From: Dehalococcoidia bacterium | Lineage (GTDB): Bacteria > Chloroflexota > Dehalococcoidia > Bin125 | Reading direction: 5' to 3' | Length of the DNA: 64,000 nt | Assembly: GCA_963555985.3 (NCBI GenBank) | Contig: OY820591.1 | Span: 1,152,001 to 1,216,000 of the forward strand | Part shown: one piece after another, positions 37,758-46,514 of the stretch | Numbering within the stretch: the stretch's first letter is position 1 | How the letters are laid out: each line of letters begins with the position of its first letter | Notes under the pieces: generated by a model | Told to the model about the DNA's origin: nothing | Databases searched by the model: none | Seen by the model: only the letters and a program-made list of their open reading frames with translations | Made by a program: the position numbers and the translations under genes

Positions 37758-39773
37758 TCAGTCGCCGCCCGCGTGATCGCCGTGCTCGTGATGCGCGGCG
37801 TGGTCGTGCTGATCGTGACCCTCGTGCTCGTCGTGAGCGCAGTGATCGGGCATCGGCACGTCCAGGCCCGGATTGCGGTCGAAGAAGCCCCACGGCTTCA
37901 GCTTGAAGCCCGCGCGGTGAACCGGCGCCACCGGCCAATCCTCCGGACAAACGATGTGGTTCATCCCCACCGTGTACCAGACCACGACATCCTCGTCCTG
38001 GAGCGAACGATCAGCCGCCATCCAGGCCGGAATGCCCTGGCCGGGTTCGCTCTGATTCGGATAGTCGCCCGCCGGGTAAAACTCGTCCGGCGAATACGGC
38101 GTCACGTGCAGCTGCTTGCGCGCGAACTTGGCCCGACCGCCGACCGCCGACTGCTCGTCCGCCATCATCCCGACCGTCTCGCCCGGAACCAGCACGTACG
38201 CCGGCGGCTGACCGAGCGGATTCGTCGTCGTGTCGTTGGCGATCCGCCAGTGGCGCGCCGAGGCCGAGTTGACCACGCTCGCCGCCTCCGACTCCCGCGA
38301 CAGCAGCCGCGCCTCCGCCGTGAAACCGTTCAGCAGCGGATTGTCCGGACCCGCCGGCAGCGGCACCGTGTCCACCTCGTAGACGCTGTTCGCGTCGCCG
38401 TCGACTTCCATGTCCAGGCGGAAACAGTAGAAGTGCTGGTGAATCGTGCCCGCCAGCCCGGGCTGAATGATGTGCCGCGTGATCTGCGGGTCATCCTCCG
38501 CAATCGCCGTCGTCTGGATGATCCCGGTCGCCTTGACCTCCTGCTCCCACGACCCGTCCTGGTAGAAGTACCAATAGAAGCCGTAGTCGTAGTTCCCCAC
38601 CGTCGCGATCGCCGACACCACCAGCCGCCGCGATCGCCGCACCCAGGACTCAGGACCGCGCTTCGTATCCGCGTACGTGTGCTTCCAGAGGATGCCAAAG
38701 TCCTCCTCGTGGATGCAGACTGCGTTCTTGATCGTGCGCGCGCCGCCGAATTCGTTCGTCACATGCGCATCCATGTAGACGATCTCGCCCAGACAGTCGC
38801 AGCCAAGTTCGAGCGAGTTCGTCAACCGGCCCAGGCCGCCCACCTCGCCGCTGTCGAAGGCGTTCTTGAAGTTCTGCGTGATCCGCGGGTCGCCGTAGGG
38901 CACGACCATCTCCGCCATCGACGCCCGGTAGCAGATCGGCCGCAGCCGGCCGTCGTCGTCATACGCGATCTGGTGCAACACCAGACCCTCGCGCGGATGC
39001 AGCGAGACCCGCATCTGCCACTTCTGCCACTTCAGCAGCTGACCCTCGAGCGTGAATGACACGCCCTCCGGCTGCACGATCTCCAGCGGCTTCAGGTCCT
39101 CGCGCGGATGCGCCGCCGCGTGTTCCCCGTCAAAGCGCAGCGTGCTCGTGGGAATCGGAACCGCATCTTCCTCGACCACTTCCAGCACTTTGTTGTTGAT
39201 CAGGTCGACTACCGCCATCACGCCCTCAACCGGGCGCCCATAGCCGTTGTCGTCCTCCGAGTCGCGCAGGTAGGCGATCCCCTTGAGGATGCGGTGCTCG
39301 GTCTCCCACTTGTTGCCGAAGTTGCCCGCCGGCCAGGGGTCGATCTGGATGTGCTCGAACTGATCCTCAGTCACGCCCTTGCGCATCATCGCCGCGCGCC
39401 ACTCAGGATCGTTCTTGATCGTCTCCTGCGCCCGTCCAAACTCCTCCCCCAGCGGGAACGGCTGAACGTCATTCCGGGCAACCCAGGACTCAACCGAGTC
39501 GTCGCCAAGATTGACCACCGCCTCATGCGTGTCGCCGTTGGACGTGTCGAAGACAATGACAAACGCCCGCCGCTCAATCGGATCCCCAGCGGAGAACGAC
39601 TTGACGGCCCGCTTGTCCGGCTCATGCAGAGCGACCAGAGGGAAGCGGATGGATTCCTGTCCACCAGCTCTGGCCTTAGCCAGTTCCGAGGCGCGGCTGA
39701 TCTCGTCAGGGGTCAGAGGATCGAGAGGGTGCGCAGTAGTTGCAGGCGCTGCGGGTTTGGTTTCGGTGACCAT
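37758..39773 (-). CDS. tynA: Copper-containing primary amine oxidase (TPQ) with His-rich tail
   Basis: HPLDPL, KNAFDSGE, LGCDCLG, TVGNYDY (TPQ Tyr), HQH and NH copper ligands, EDWPV; CAGGAG RBS before ATG 39773. Confidence 0.93.
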   Translation of the reverse strand: MVTETKPAAPATTAHPLDPLTPDEISRASELAKARAGGQESIRFPLVALHEPDKRAVKSFSAGDPIERRAFVIVFDTSNGDTHEAVVNLGDDSVESWVARNDVQPFPLGEEFGRAQETIKNDPEWRAAMMRKGVTEDQFEHIQIDPWPAGNFGNKWETEHRILKGIAYLRDSEDDNGYGRPVEGVMAVVDLINNKVLEVVEEDAVPIPTSTLRFDGEHAAAHPREDLKPLEIVQPEGVSFTLEGQLLKWQKWQMRVSLHPREGLVLHQIAYDDDGRLRPICYRASMAEMVVPYGDPRITQNFKNAFDSGEVGGLGRLTNSLELGCDCLGEIVYMDAHVTNEFGGARTIKNAVCIHEEDFGILWKHTYADTKRGPESWVRRSRRLVVSAIATVGNYDYGFYWYFYQDGSWEQEVKATGIIQTTAIAEDDPQITRHIIQPGLAGTIHQHFYCFRLDMEVDGDANSVYEVDTVPLPAGPDNPLLNGFTAEARLLSRESEAASVVNSASARHWRIANDTTTNPLGQPPAYVLVPGETVGMMADEQSAVGGRAKFARKQLHVTPYSPDEFYPAGDYPNQSEPGQGIPAWMAADRSLQDEDVVVWYTVGMNHIVCPEDWPVAPVHRAGFKLKPWGFFDRNPGLDVPMPDHCAHDEHEGHDQHDHAAHHEHGDHAGGD

Positions 39774-39864
39774 GGTGGGTGTCTCCTGTGTTCCGGTCTT
39801 GAGCGGAGAGTAACCGAATTTGAGCAGACGTGAGACATGTCCTGAGACAGACACACTGGAGGTA

Positions 39865-39895
39865 TTGACATCATTGCCAGCATTGAGACACAATG
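39865..39895 (+). promoter_or_regulatory. Sigma70-like promoter TTGACA-N18-CACAAT overlapped by inverted repeat CATTG-N5-CAATG
   Basis: TTGACA 39865-39870, CACAAT 39889-39894, inverted repeat 39881-39895; AGGAGG RBS downstream. Confidence 0.6.
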
Positions 39896-39917
39896 CCGAA
39901 CGAGATAGGAGGAACAG

Positions 39918-40469
39918 ATGAACATCGAGGTAGACAGCGAGGTATTCGCAGCCCTCCAGAGGGAGGCGGTGCCGCTAGTGGACAATCCCAATGACGTATT
40001 GCGGCGTCTGTTGGGACTCGATCCGACTGAAGAAAGAGCCTCGGCCGGTGATCAGATTGTCTTTCAGCCGCCTCTCCCACGCAGGCCTGCACAGCGTGCC
40101 GCCTCCTCGAATGGAGCTGCGGGGACTGGGAGTGCCAAGCGCCCTTCAAAGTCCAGACGCGCTGCGGGCGAATTGCTCCCCTTGGAGGCGTACTGCCCAC
40201 ACATCTTGCAAGCGCTGATTGCCAGTGGCGGAGAGCTCCGTAGTCGCGAGGTGCCCGACGCGCTCGCGCCCTTGCTCGAACCTCACCTGTTTGCCGCAGA
40301 TAAAGGACTGGATGCTGATGGTGTTCCTGTCTGGCATGGACGAGTCGGCTGGGCCGGAAGCCTCTGTCGCAAGGCGGGTCACCTGGATCTAGCAGCCCCA
40401 CGAGGCATTTGGCGGATCACCCACGACGGCCGCGAAGCAGCGGCGAATGCGAATGGAGAATCGAGATGA
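39918..40469 (+). CDS. DNA-binding protein: SeqA-N/RHH-like N-terminus plus Mrr_N-like winged helix, no nuclease domain
   Basis: IEVDSEVF..DVLRRLL N-terminus; PHILQAL..GG..W.GRVGWA...RKAGHL...RGIWRIT.DG. Confidence 0.7.
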   Translation: MNIEVDSEVFAALQREAVPLVDNPNDVLRRLLGLDPTEERASAGDQIVFQPPLPRRPAQRAASSNGAAGTGSAKRPSKSRRAAGELLPLEAYCPHILQALIASGGELRSREVPDALAPLLEPHLFAADKGLDADGVPVWHGRVGWAGSLCRKAGHLDLAAPRGIWRITHDGREAAANANGESR

Positions 40470-42904
40470 CCGATGTCAACAAGCAGCTTTGCCTTGCCTT
40501 GATGGGTGCTGAGTCAGGAAAGGAGATCATCGATCTGCTTACGGACGCTGGCTACTGGGAAGACTCCTCTGCTTGGCGACTGCTGGGCGATGCTGAGAAC
40601 AATTTCTCAGTGGTGGGAAGCCAACAGAGCGAGCCAATACCTGCTCTCGTTGAGAAGATCGTGAACTCCATCGATGCGCTGCTGCTCGGCGAGTGTCGCG
40701 CGCGGGGAATCGATCCAGAGAGCGACTTAGCGCCAAAGTCGCCGCAGCAGGCCGTAGCGGAGTTCTTTGAGAATCGTCTACACGGCGAATTCAACCCCGC
40801 TCAAGACGGCCAGATCGAGTATTGGCATGAAGACCGCGTTAGAGAGGTAGCGAGACATCTCACAGTCACGGCGAGCGGTGCCAAACCCAGAGAGGGAAAT
40901 CCATCGGTCTCTATTGCCGACGGCGGTGAAGGGCAGTCGCCAGACGAATTTCCGAATACGCTCCTTTCGCTTACCAAGTCGAACAAGCTTCGAATTCCAT
41001 TTGTGCAGGGCAAGTTCAACATGGGAGGCACAGGTGCACTGCAGTTCTGTGGGACACCTCAGAATTTCCAACTCATCGTGTCCAAGCGGCGGCAAGACAT
41101 TCCGGCGACCGATACGGATCCGCGGCGTGGCGAGTGGGGCTTCACGATTGTGCGACGCGACGATCCCGCCGGATCTGAACGTAGTTCGGTCTACAGGTAC
41201 CTTGCCCCTGATAGAGCCGTTCTCTCATTCCACGCTCCGGAGCTTGGGATCTTTCCAGACGAGACTACGGGCCAGCCCTATGGACGAAGCAGCTCGCACG
41301 GCACGCTCATCAAGCTCTATGCATATCAGGTTGGATCGAATCGCTCGACCATCACCAGGCGGGGAGGGCTGTTCCGACGAATCGACGCTGCCCTCTCACG
41401 AGCGATTCTCCCCGCACGATACCTAGACACTCGTTATCCAGGAAAGCAGGGTACGCAAGAAAGCAGGGAAAACGGTTTCGGAGTTGAAACGCTTTTGCAT
41501 CGAAGGCGTGCTGAGCTCCTAGAGCCGATGTTTCCACATGTCGGCGAGATTTCGGTTGATGGTGAGCGACTGACAGTGCGAGCTTATGCGTTCCTTCCTC
41601 CGAAGAGCACGAGGAGCACGGGACGCCGTCCCGCTGAGTTGTATCGGTCTCGCAGCAATGCGGTTCTCTTCCTAATCAACGGCCAAATGCACGCAGCACA
41701 AGACACTCGCTTCTTCGCGTCGTCGCGTGTTGGTCTCGATTATCTGCGGCAAGACCTGTTTGTGACAGTCGATTGCACTTCTCTATCCCGTCGATCTAGG
41801 GAAGACCTATTCATGAACAGCCGCGATCGCATGCGCGATGTACCACTGCGCCGTGATCTCGTTACAGCCTTGGAGGAGTTCCTCCGCGATCACCCCGCCT
41901 TGCAGGCACTCAACAGAGCGCGCGGGGATGCGCTTCGTAGCCAAAACGAATCGGAACACGCGGTCAAGAGTTTGGTTGAGCAATTGCTCAAGGATCATCC
42001 CGAGCTACAACGGGTCCTGTTAGGTGGACGCGCGATCCGGCCGATAGTCGATCCGCCACCGCCTCCCCCGTTCAAAGGGAAGGAGTTTCCAACGTTCTTT
42101 TCGCTTGAGTCTCCTAAAGAGAAGGACGGAATCGCTTCCACCGCAACTGCAAGAACTTCGCGGCTGCGCCTTCAGTTTCGTACCAATGCCGAAGATGGGT
42201 ACTTCACTAGGCTCAATGACCCTGGCTCCATGTCCATCTGCGATGCGGAGACAGGGAGAGAGCTTACTCAGCACTTCTCGCGCACGGGTCCGGTGTCTGG
42301 AGTTTGTACGATCGTGGCTCGGCACTTGCTGGCGGAGCGCCAAGTCGGGGATGTGGTTGCGCTCAGGATCATCGTCTCTGACAACAATCCGAAGCTAAGG
42401 CCTTCCTTTGAATCCTGCGTGCGGGTAACGGTCAAGGAAGAGGCGTCCCCGCCGAATCCACCTTCACCACCCGCTCCGAAGCTCGACCTGCCTGTAGTCA
42501 CGGAGGTTTGGAAGACAGGATCGCCGGGTTGGGCTGATCTTCACGACTCCGAAGAGTTCGTCTTCAATCATCAGACCGCTGTGCAGATACGGCGGAACTC
42601 TAGTGGAGCCACAGTTGCGGCGTTTGACATCTTCATCAACATGGATAACGCGAACCTCGATCGGGCAAGACGGCGCGCGCGATCCCCGGACGAAATCGAG
42701 ATGCTCAATACACGCTGGCGCCAGGTCTTTGAGTTCCTCACGCTTGGATTCATCTCGGACCACAGTCGATCACTGGCCGAAGACAACGGGAAGAAGGCCG
42801 AGCAATGGTACGAGGAGTCGCCCGGCTCCTTCGTCTATCATGCGACCCGATCCCTCGCTCCCCTTGTCCCGGTGCTGGGCAGTCTGTTCATTGCGAAGGC
42901 CTGA
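40466..42904 (+). CDS. GHKL (MORC/MutL/TopoVIB-like) ATPase with uncharacterised C-terminal domains
   Basis: ALVEKIVNSIDA (motif I), IADGGEGQ (II), GKFNMGGTG (III), HGTLIKL (IV); ATGA overlap with the upstream gene. Confidence 0.75.
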   Translation: MTDVNKQLCLALMGAESGKEIIDLLTDAGYWEDSSAWRLLGDAENNFSVVGSQQSEPIPALVEKIVNSIDALLLGECRARGIDPESDLAPKSPQQAVAEFFENRLHGEFNPAQDGQIEYWHEDRVREVARHLTVTASGAKPREGNPSVSIADGGEGQSPDEFPNTLLSLTKSNKLRIPFVQGKFNMGGTGALQFCGTPQNFQLIVSKRRQDIPATDTDPRRGEWGFTIVRRDDPAGSERSSVYRYLAPDRAVLSFHAPELGIFPDETTGQPYGRSSSHGTLIKLYAYQVGSNRSTITRRGGLFRRIDAALSRAILPARYLDTRYPGKQGTQESRENGFGVETLLHRRRAELLEPMFPHVGEISVDGERLTVRAYAFLPPKSTRSTGRRPAELYRSRSNAVLFLINGQMHAAQDTRFFASSRVGLDYLRQDLFVTVDCTSLSRRSREDLFMNSRDRMRDVPLRRDLVTALEEFLRDHPALQALNRARGDALRSQNESEHAVKSLVEQLLKDHPELQRVLLGGRAIRPIVDPPPPPPFKGKEFPTFFSLESPKEKDGIASTATARTSRLRLQFRTNAEDGYFTRLNDPGSMSICDAETGRELTQHFSRTGPVSGVCTIVARHLLAERQVGDVVALRIIVSDNNPKLRPSFESCVRVTVKEEASPPNPPSPPAPKLDLPVVTEVWKTGSPGWADLHDSEEFVFNHQTAVQIRRNSSGATVAAFDIFINMDNANLDRARRRARSPDEIEMLNTRWRQVFEFLTLGFISDHSRSLAEDNGKKAEQWYEESPGSFVYHATRSLAPLVPVLGSLFIAKA

Positions 42905-42931
42905 ACACGGTTCACTTTGGACGATGAAAGG

Positions 42932-42963
42932 CAGGGGCGCGACCCCATCGGGGCCGCCCCTTG
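42932..42963. terminator. Imperfect GC-rich hairpin between convergent genes
   Basis: CAGGGGCGCGACCCCATCGGGGCCGCCCCTTG with short T runs on both strands. Confidence 0.45.
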
Positions 42964-42983
42964 ATTTGGTGCCTGACCACCGC

Positions 42984-44261
42984 CTACTCGTGACAGAAGG
43001 ACGGCGCCTGATCCGGCGCCAACTGCATCGCCAGGGCGCAGACCTGCTGCTGCCAGCCCTCGGGCAGGTGGCTGATGTACTCCTGATTGACCGCCCAGGG
43101 GCGAACCAGCATCGTGGTCGTTTCGGGAGCTTGCTGCGCGGTCAGCGCGAGCATGGCGCGAATACTGGGGCTGGAGTCGACGTTCTTGAGCGAGAGCATC
43201 ACGTGGCTGGCCTGGGCGTTGCCGCCGTCGTCGATGACGAAGAGCAACTGACCCTCGTAGACCTGAACGAGCGCGAACTGAGAGCGTCCGACGACGCCGA
43301 CGAGCGTGTCGCTGCCGAGGAATTGCACGACCCCGATGGCGGTGTTGATCAATGCGCCATTGAGGATCAGCACGCCGGCGGCCTCGTGCGTCGCGATTGC
43401 CTCGCCGATCGCCCGGCCCGACGCCACGGGGTCGGTCAGGCTGCCCGCCGGGAGCATGACCTGCACCACCGAGCCGCCGTACACGCTTTCGAGGCCCTCG
43501 CAGCGCTCCGGCAGCGCGAGGTTCACCTCTTCATGGATGATGCAGAGCACCGCGCCGGTCGCGCCCGCGTCGTTGAACTCGCGGCCCGCAAGTTCGCCTG
43601 CGGCGCGATCGTTCAGTCCGTAGTGGACCGTTGAACCGACCAGCCCGGCGACTTCGTCGCCGGAGTTGAAGGTGACGAGGAACGCGCCGCTGGTTCGGAC
43701 GGCGATCAGCGCCTCTTGCAGCCCCTCCAAGTCGGGAATCGATGAGGCGACGCCCAGCGCGCCGCGATCGATGCAGTCCATGATCATTGCTGCGTGCTCA
43801 GCGATGTCCGTCGTACTCTGAATCTCCACATTACTCAGGCCAAGCTCGTAGGCGTTGGCCTGAGCCACGGTGTCGAAATCGACCCAGAAGGGGTCATCGG
43901 CCCGGCCGTGGTGGATCACGCAGTAAAGGTTGTCCGACCCGGCCGGCGCGTCGGGCATAGCGCTCATCGCGTCCGTCGCTTGGGCGACGGTCAAGCCGAC
44001 CGGCGAAGACATACGCCACTCGCCGCTCACATCGGCCGGCAGGAAGCGAGCCTCAGGTCGTTGCAGTTCGCCCCAGCCGCCCTCGGCGTCGCGCTGCTGG
44101 AGAGCGACCTCGACGCGGCCGTCGTCGAGGCGCTTGGCTCCGATCCGAACTTCGGCGTCGGAACTGTGGCCGGCGGCGTAGATCACCCCGGCGATGATCG
44201 CGACGAGCGCGCTGAGCGCGAGGACTGCGGCGCTGATTCGTCGTTTCGTGTTCAGGAACAT
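42984..44261 (-). CDS. Orphan type 1 periplasmic-binding protein with DGRxE domain (paralogue 5)
   Basis: AAAGGAGG RBS; DGRVEVALQQR..W..PEARFL..W.MSSP; HHG..DPFW; TFNSG; CIIHE..N.AL.ERC. Confidence 0.82.
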   Translation of the reverse strand: MFLNTKRRISAAVLALSALVAIIAGVIYAAGHSSDAEVRIGAKRLDDGRVEVALQQRDAEGGWGELQRPEARFLPADVSGEWRMSSPVGLTVAQATDAMSAMPDAPAGSDNLYCVIHHGRADDPFWVDFDTVAQANAYELGLSNVEIQSTTDIAEHAAMIMDCIDRGALGVASSIPDLEGLQEALIAVRTSGAFLVTFNSGDEVAGLVGSTVHYGLNDRAAGELAGREFNDAGATGAVLCIIHEEVNLALPERCEGLESVYGGSVVQVMLPAGSLTDPVASGRAIGEAIATHEAAGVLILNGALINTAIGVVQFLGSDTLVGVVGRSQFALVQVYEGQLLFVIDDGGNAQASHVMLSLKNVDSSPSIRAMLALTAQQAPETTTMLVRPWAVNQEYISHLPEGWQQQVCALAMQLAPDQAPSFCHE

Positions 44262-44343
44262 GAAGCGTCCTCCTTTCCGTACGAGGGTTGCATGATAATC
44301 AGAAATCCAACGGCAAAGGCCGGTGTTTCCACCGGATAGCAAA

Positions 44344-44372
44344 CGGGCGCGGGGGACAAACCCCCGCGCCCG
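44344..44372. terminator. 12-bp perfect hairpin downstream of the thiolase gene (terminator or REP-like)
   Basis: CGGGCGCGGGGG-ACAAA-CCCCCGCGCCCG, followed by TTT on the minus strand. Confidence 0.55.
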
Positions 44373-44406
44373 CGAATGCGCTCCTGTGACGGAGTGAAGT
44401 CGGCGA

Positions 44407-45711
44407 CTACACCGCCTCAAGAATCGTCGAAATCCCCATCCCGGCGCCGATGCATTGCGTCGCCAGACCGTAGCGTGTCCCCGAACGCTTCAGCTCACGA
44501 CTCACCGTCGTGACCAACCGCGTCCCGGTCGCGCCCAGCGGGTGACCGATGGCCAGCGAGCCGCCGTTGACGTTCACGCGCTCCATCGGGATGCCCAGCT
44601 CTTTGACCGACGGGATCACCTGCGCCGCGAAGGCCTCGTTGAACTCGACCCGGTCGATCTCCGAAGCGTCGATGCCCGCGTGCGCCAGCGCCTTGCGGGT
44701 CGCCGGAATCGGGCCAAGACCCATTACCTGCGGCTTCACGCCGCCGACGCCGAAGCCCGCGATCCGCGCCAGCGGCTCCAGACCCAGCTCTTCCGCCCGC
44801 CGCTCGCTCATCAGCAGCGCTGCGGTGAAGCCGTCGTTGGTCGGGCAGGAGTTGCCCGCCGTGATCCGGATCTCGCTCTGCGTGTGCGAGACCGTCCCGC
44901 GCACCGTGCGCAGACCGGCCAGACCCTCGAAGTTCGTGCCCGGGCGGTAGCCCTCGTCCACGCTCACGACGCGCTTCTCGCCGCGCTCCTCGAGCACCAG
45001 GTTGCGCTCTTCGTCGAAGACCGGCGTCTCCACCTCGATCGGCACGATCTCGCGCTCGTAGAAGCCCGAAGCCAGCGCTTCGCCGTACTTGCGGTGCGAC
45101 TCGACCGCGAACTCGTCCAGCGTCTCGCGCGAGATGTCGTACATCTCGGCCACGTTCTGCGCCGTTTGCAGCATCGAGCAGACCGGCGAACTGTCCAGAA
45201 TCTCGTCCGGAATCGGCACCGAGAAGTCGAGGCCGTGGCTCGGCAGCAAATTGCGCTGGTCCGGCGACTGCTGGTGGCGATCCTGGTTGAACTCGGTGAT
45301 CCGCGTCGGAGCCGCGCCGCCGCCGCCGCCAAGCTGACGGCCCATGCGCTCCACGCCCAGCGCGACCCCAATGTCAATCGCGCCGACCATGATCTCCTGC
45401 GCCACCCGGTGCAGCGTCTCCATCGACGAGCCGCACTGACGGTTCGAGTCGAACGTGCAGACCGACTCCGGCAGCCCGGCCAGGCGCACGATGTGGTTCG
45501 CGCCGATCCCGGCCAGCTCGGTCACGCCCCCGACGCAGCCCATGCCCACGTCTTCGATCTCATGCGGCGACACCTGCGGGTAGCGCGACAGCAACTCCTG
45601 CAAGACCTGCACGCCAATCGTGTCCAGGCGAGTCGCCGTGAACGCCCCGCGTCCGCCCCGAGTAAAGGCGGAACGCACGCCGTCCACAATCACTACGTTC
45701 TGCATCTCCAT
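44407..45711 (-). CDS. Thiolase (acetyl-CoA acyltransferase)
   Basis: NRQCGSS, TAGNS, NEAFA, GHPLGATG, CIGAG. Confidence 0.95.
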   Translation of the reverse strand: MEMQNVVIVDGVRSAFTRGGRGAFTATRLDTIGVQVLQELLSRYPQVSPHEIEDVGMGCVGGVTELAGIGANHIVRLAGLPESVCTFDSNRQCGSSMETLHRVAQEIMVGAIDIGVALGVERMGRQLGGGGGAAPTRITEFNQDRHQQSPDQRNLLPSHGLDFSVPIPDEILDSSPVCSMLQTAQNVAEMYDISRETLDEFAVESHRKYGEALASGFYEREIVPIEVETPVFDEERNLVLEERGEKRVVSVDEGYRPGTNFEGLAGLRTVRGTVSHTQSEIRITAGNSCPTNDGFTAALLMSERRAEELGLEPLARIAGFGVGGVKPQVMGLGPIPATRKALAHAGIDASEIDRVEFNEAFAAQVIPSVKELGIPMERVNVNGGSLAIGHPLGATGTRLVTTVSRELKRSGTRYGLATQCIGAGMGISTILEAV

Positions 45712-45786
45712 CGTTCGATTCCTCTCTCTGAGGCGCCCACGCGCCGTCTGTTGCGAGTCAAACGCAGTGTAGCGCCTCAGATCAGA

Positions 45787-45851
45787 CCTCCCCCTCCGGG
45801 GGAAGTGCCGCGCAGGGACGGAGGGAGATCCCCAATTCCCGCTTCATGCGG
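45787..45851. repeat. Family B hairpin plus partial family A repeat at the vapC 3' end
   Basis: CCTCCCCCTCCGGGGGAAG..GGAGGGAG, then TTCCCGCTTCATGCGG (45836-45851), which contains the vapC stop codon. Confidence 0.6.
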
Positions 45852-46245
45852 TCTCGATGCGCAGCCCGTCGATGCGCCGGAAATGCCGGGCGTTGTTGGT
45901 CAACATGGTCAGGTCGTATTGCAGCGCAGTCGCGGCGATCATCGCGTCGAAGTTGCCGATCGGATTGCCTTGCTGCTGTAGCCGCGCTCTGATCCGACCG
46001 AAGACCTCGCAGGTCTCCGGGTCAATGTTGAGCAAGGTGAATTGCGCAACGAAATCAAGCATCTCTGCGCGTTGGCGGAATGCGTCTGCCACCAGATTTG
46101 GCCCGACAGACAGCTCGGCCAGGGAGATCACGCTGATCGCGATGCCCTGTGGGGCGAGCTCATCAATACGGCGGCGAGTCCGACTAGAGGCGCGGCCGCC
46201 TCTGAGCGCATTGATCACCCAGTCGCTGTCCAGCAAGTAGCGCAC
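45844..46245 (-). CDS. vapC: VapC family PIN-domain toxin
   Basis: YLLDSD, SLAEL, IGNFDAMIAATAL, LTNN.RHF.RIDGL. Confidence 0.92.
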   Translation of the reverse strand: MRYLLDSDWVINALRGGRASSRTRRRIDELAPQGIAISVISLAELSVGPNLVADAFRQRAEMLDFVAQFTLLNIDPETCEVFGRIRARLQQQGNPIGNFDAMIAATALQYDLTMLTNNARHFRRIDGLRIETA

Positions 46246-46248
46246 TGG

Positions 46249-46446
46249 CTAATCGTCGACGTCGTTCTCAGCGCACAGCGCACACTTGCAGGAGCCGTAG
46301 ATCTCCTCAAAGTGCGGATTGTCCTCGAAGTGTTGCGCCCACGCGCCGGCAGCGCGGTCGCGTCGCTTGCGCGCTTCTTCCGGGTCCAGTGGCGGTCCGC
46401 CGTGAACCGCTTCCCAGACAGTCAGGAACTTGCCCTGTTCCGACAT
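46249..46446 (-). CDS. Putative antitoxin, small acidic protein with CxCxxC tail
   Basis: Ends 3 bp upstream of vapC; AAGAW..EEIY pattern; start could be 46470. Confidence 0.55.
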   Translation of the reverse strand: MSEQGKFLTVWEAVHGGPPLDPEEARKRRDRAAGAWAQHFEDNPHFEEIYGSCKCALCAENDVDD

Positions 46447-46514
46447 CGCGCGACCCTTCTCACTCACCATGCACCCAGCCTACAGCGTCTGACCCGCCCG
46501 ACTCCGCCGCCTCA

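Noticed and set aside
44311-44372. Possible c-di-GMP-I riboswitch (GGCAAA..hairpin..GCAAA)
   Set aside because: The GCAAA motifs are on the + strand while the GAAA loop and the downstream gene are on the - strand, so the elements do not assemble on one strand.
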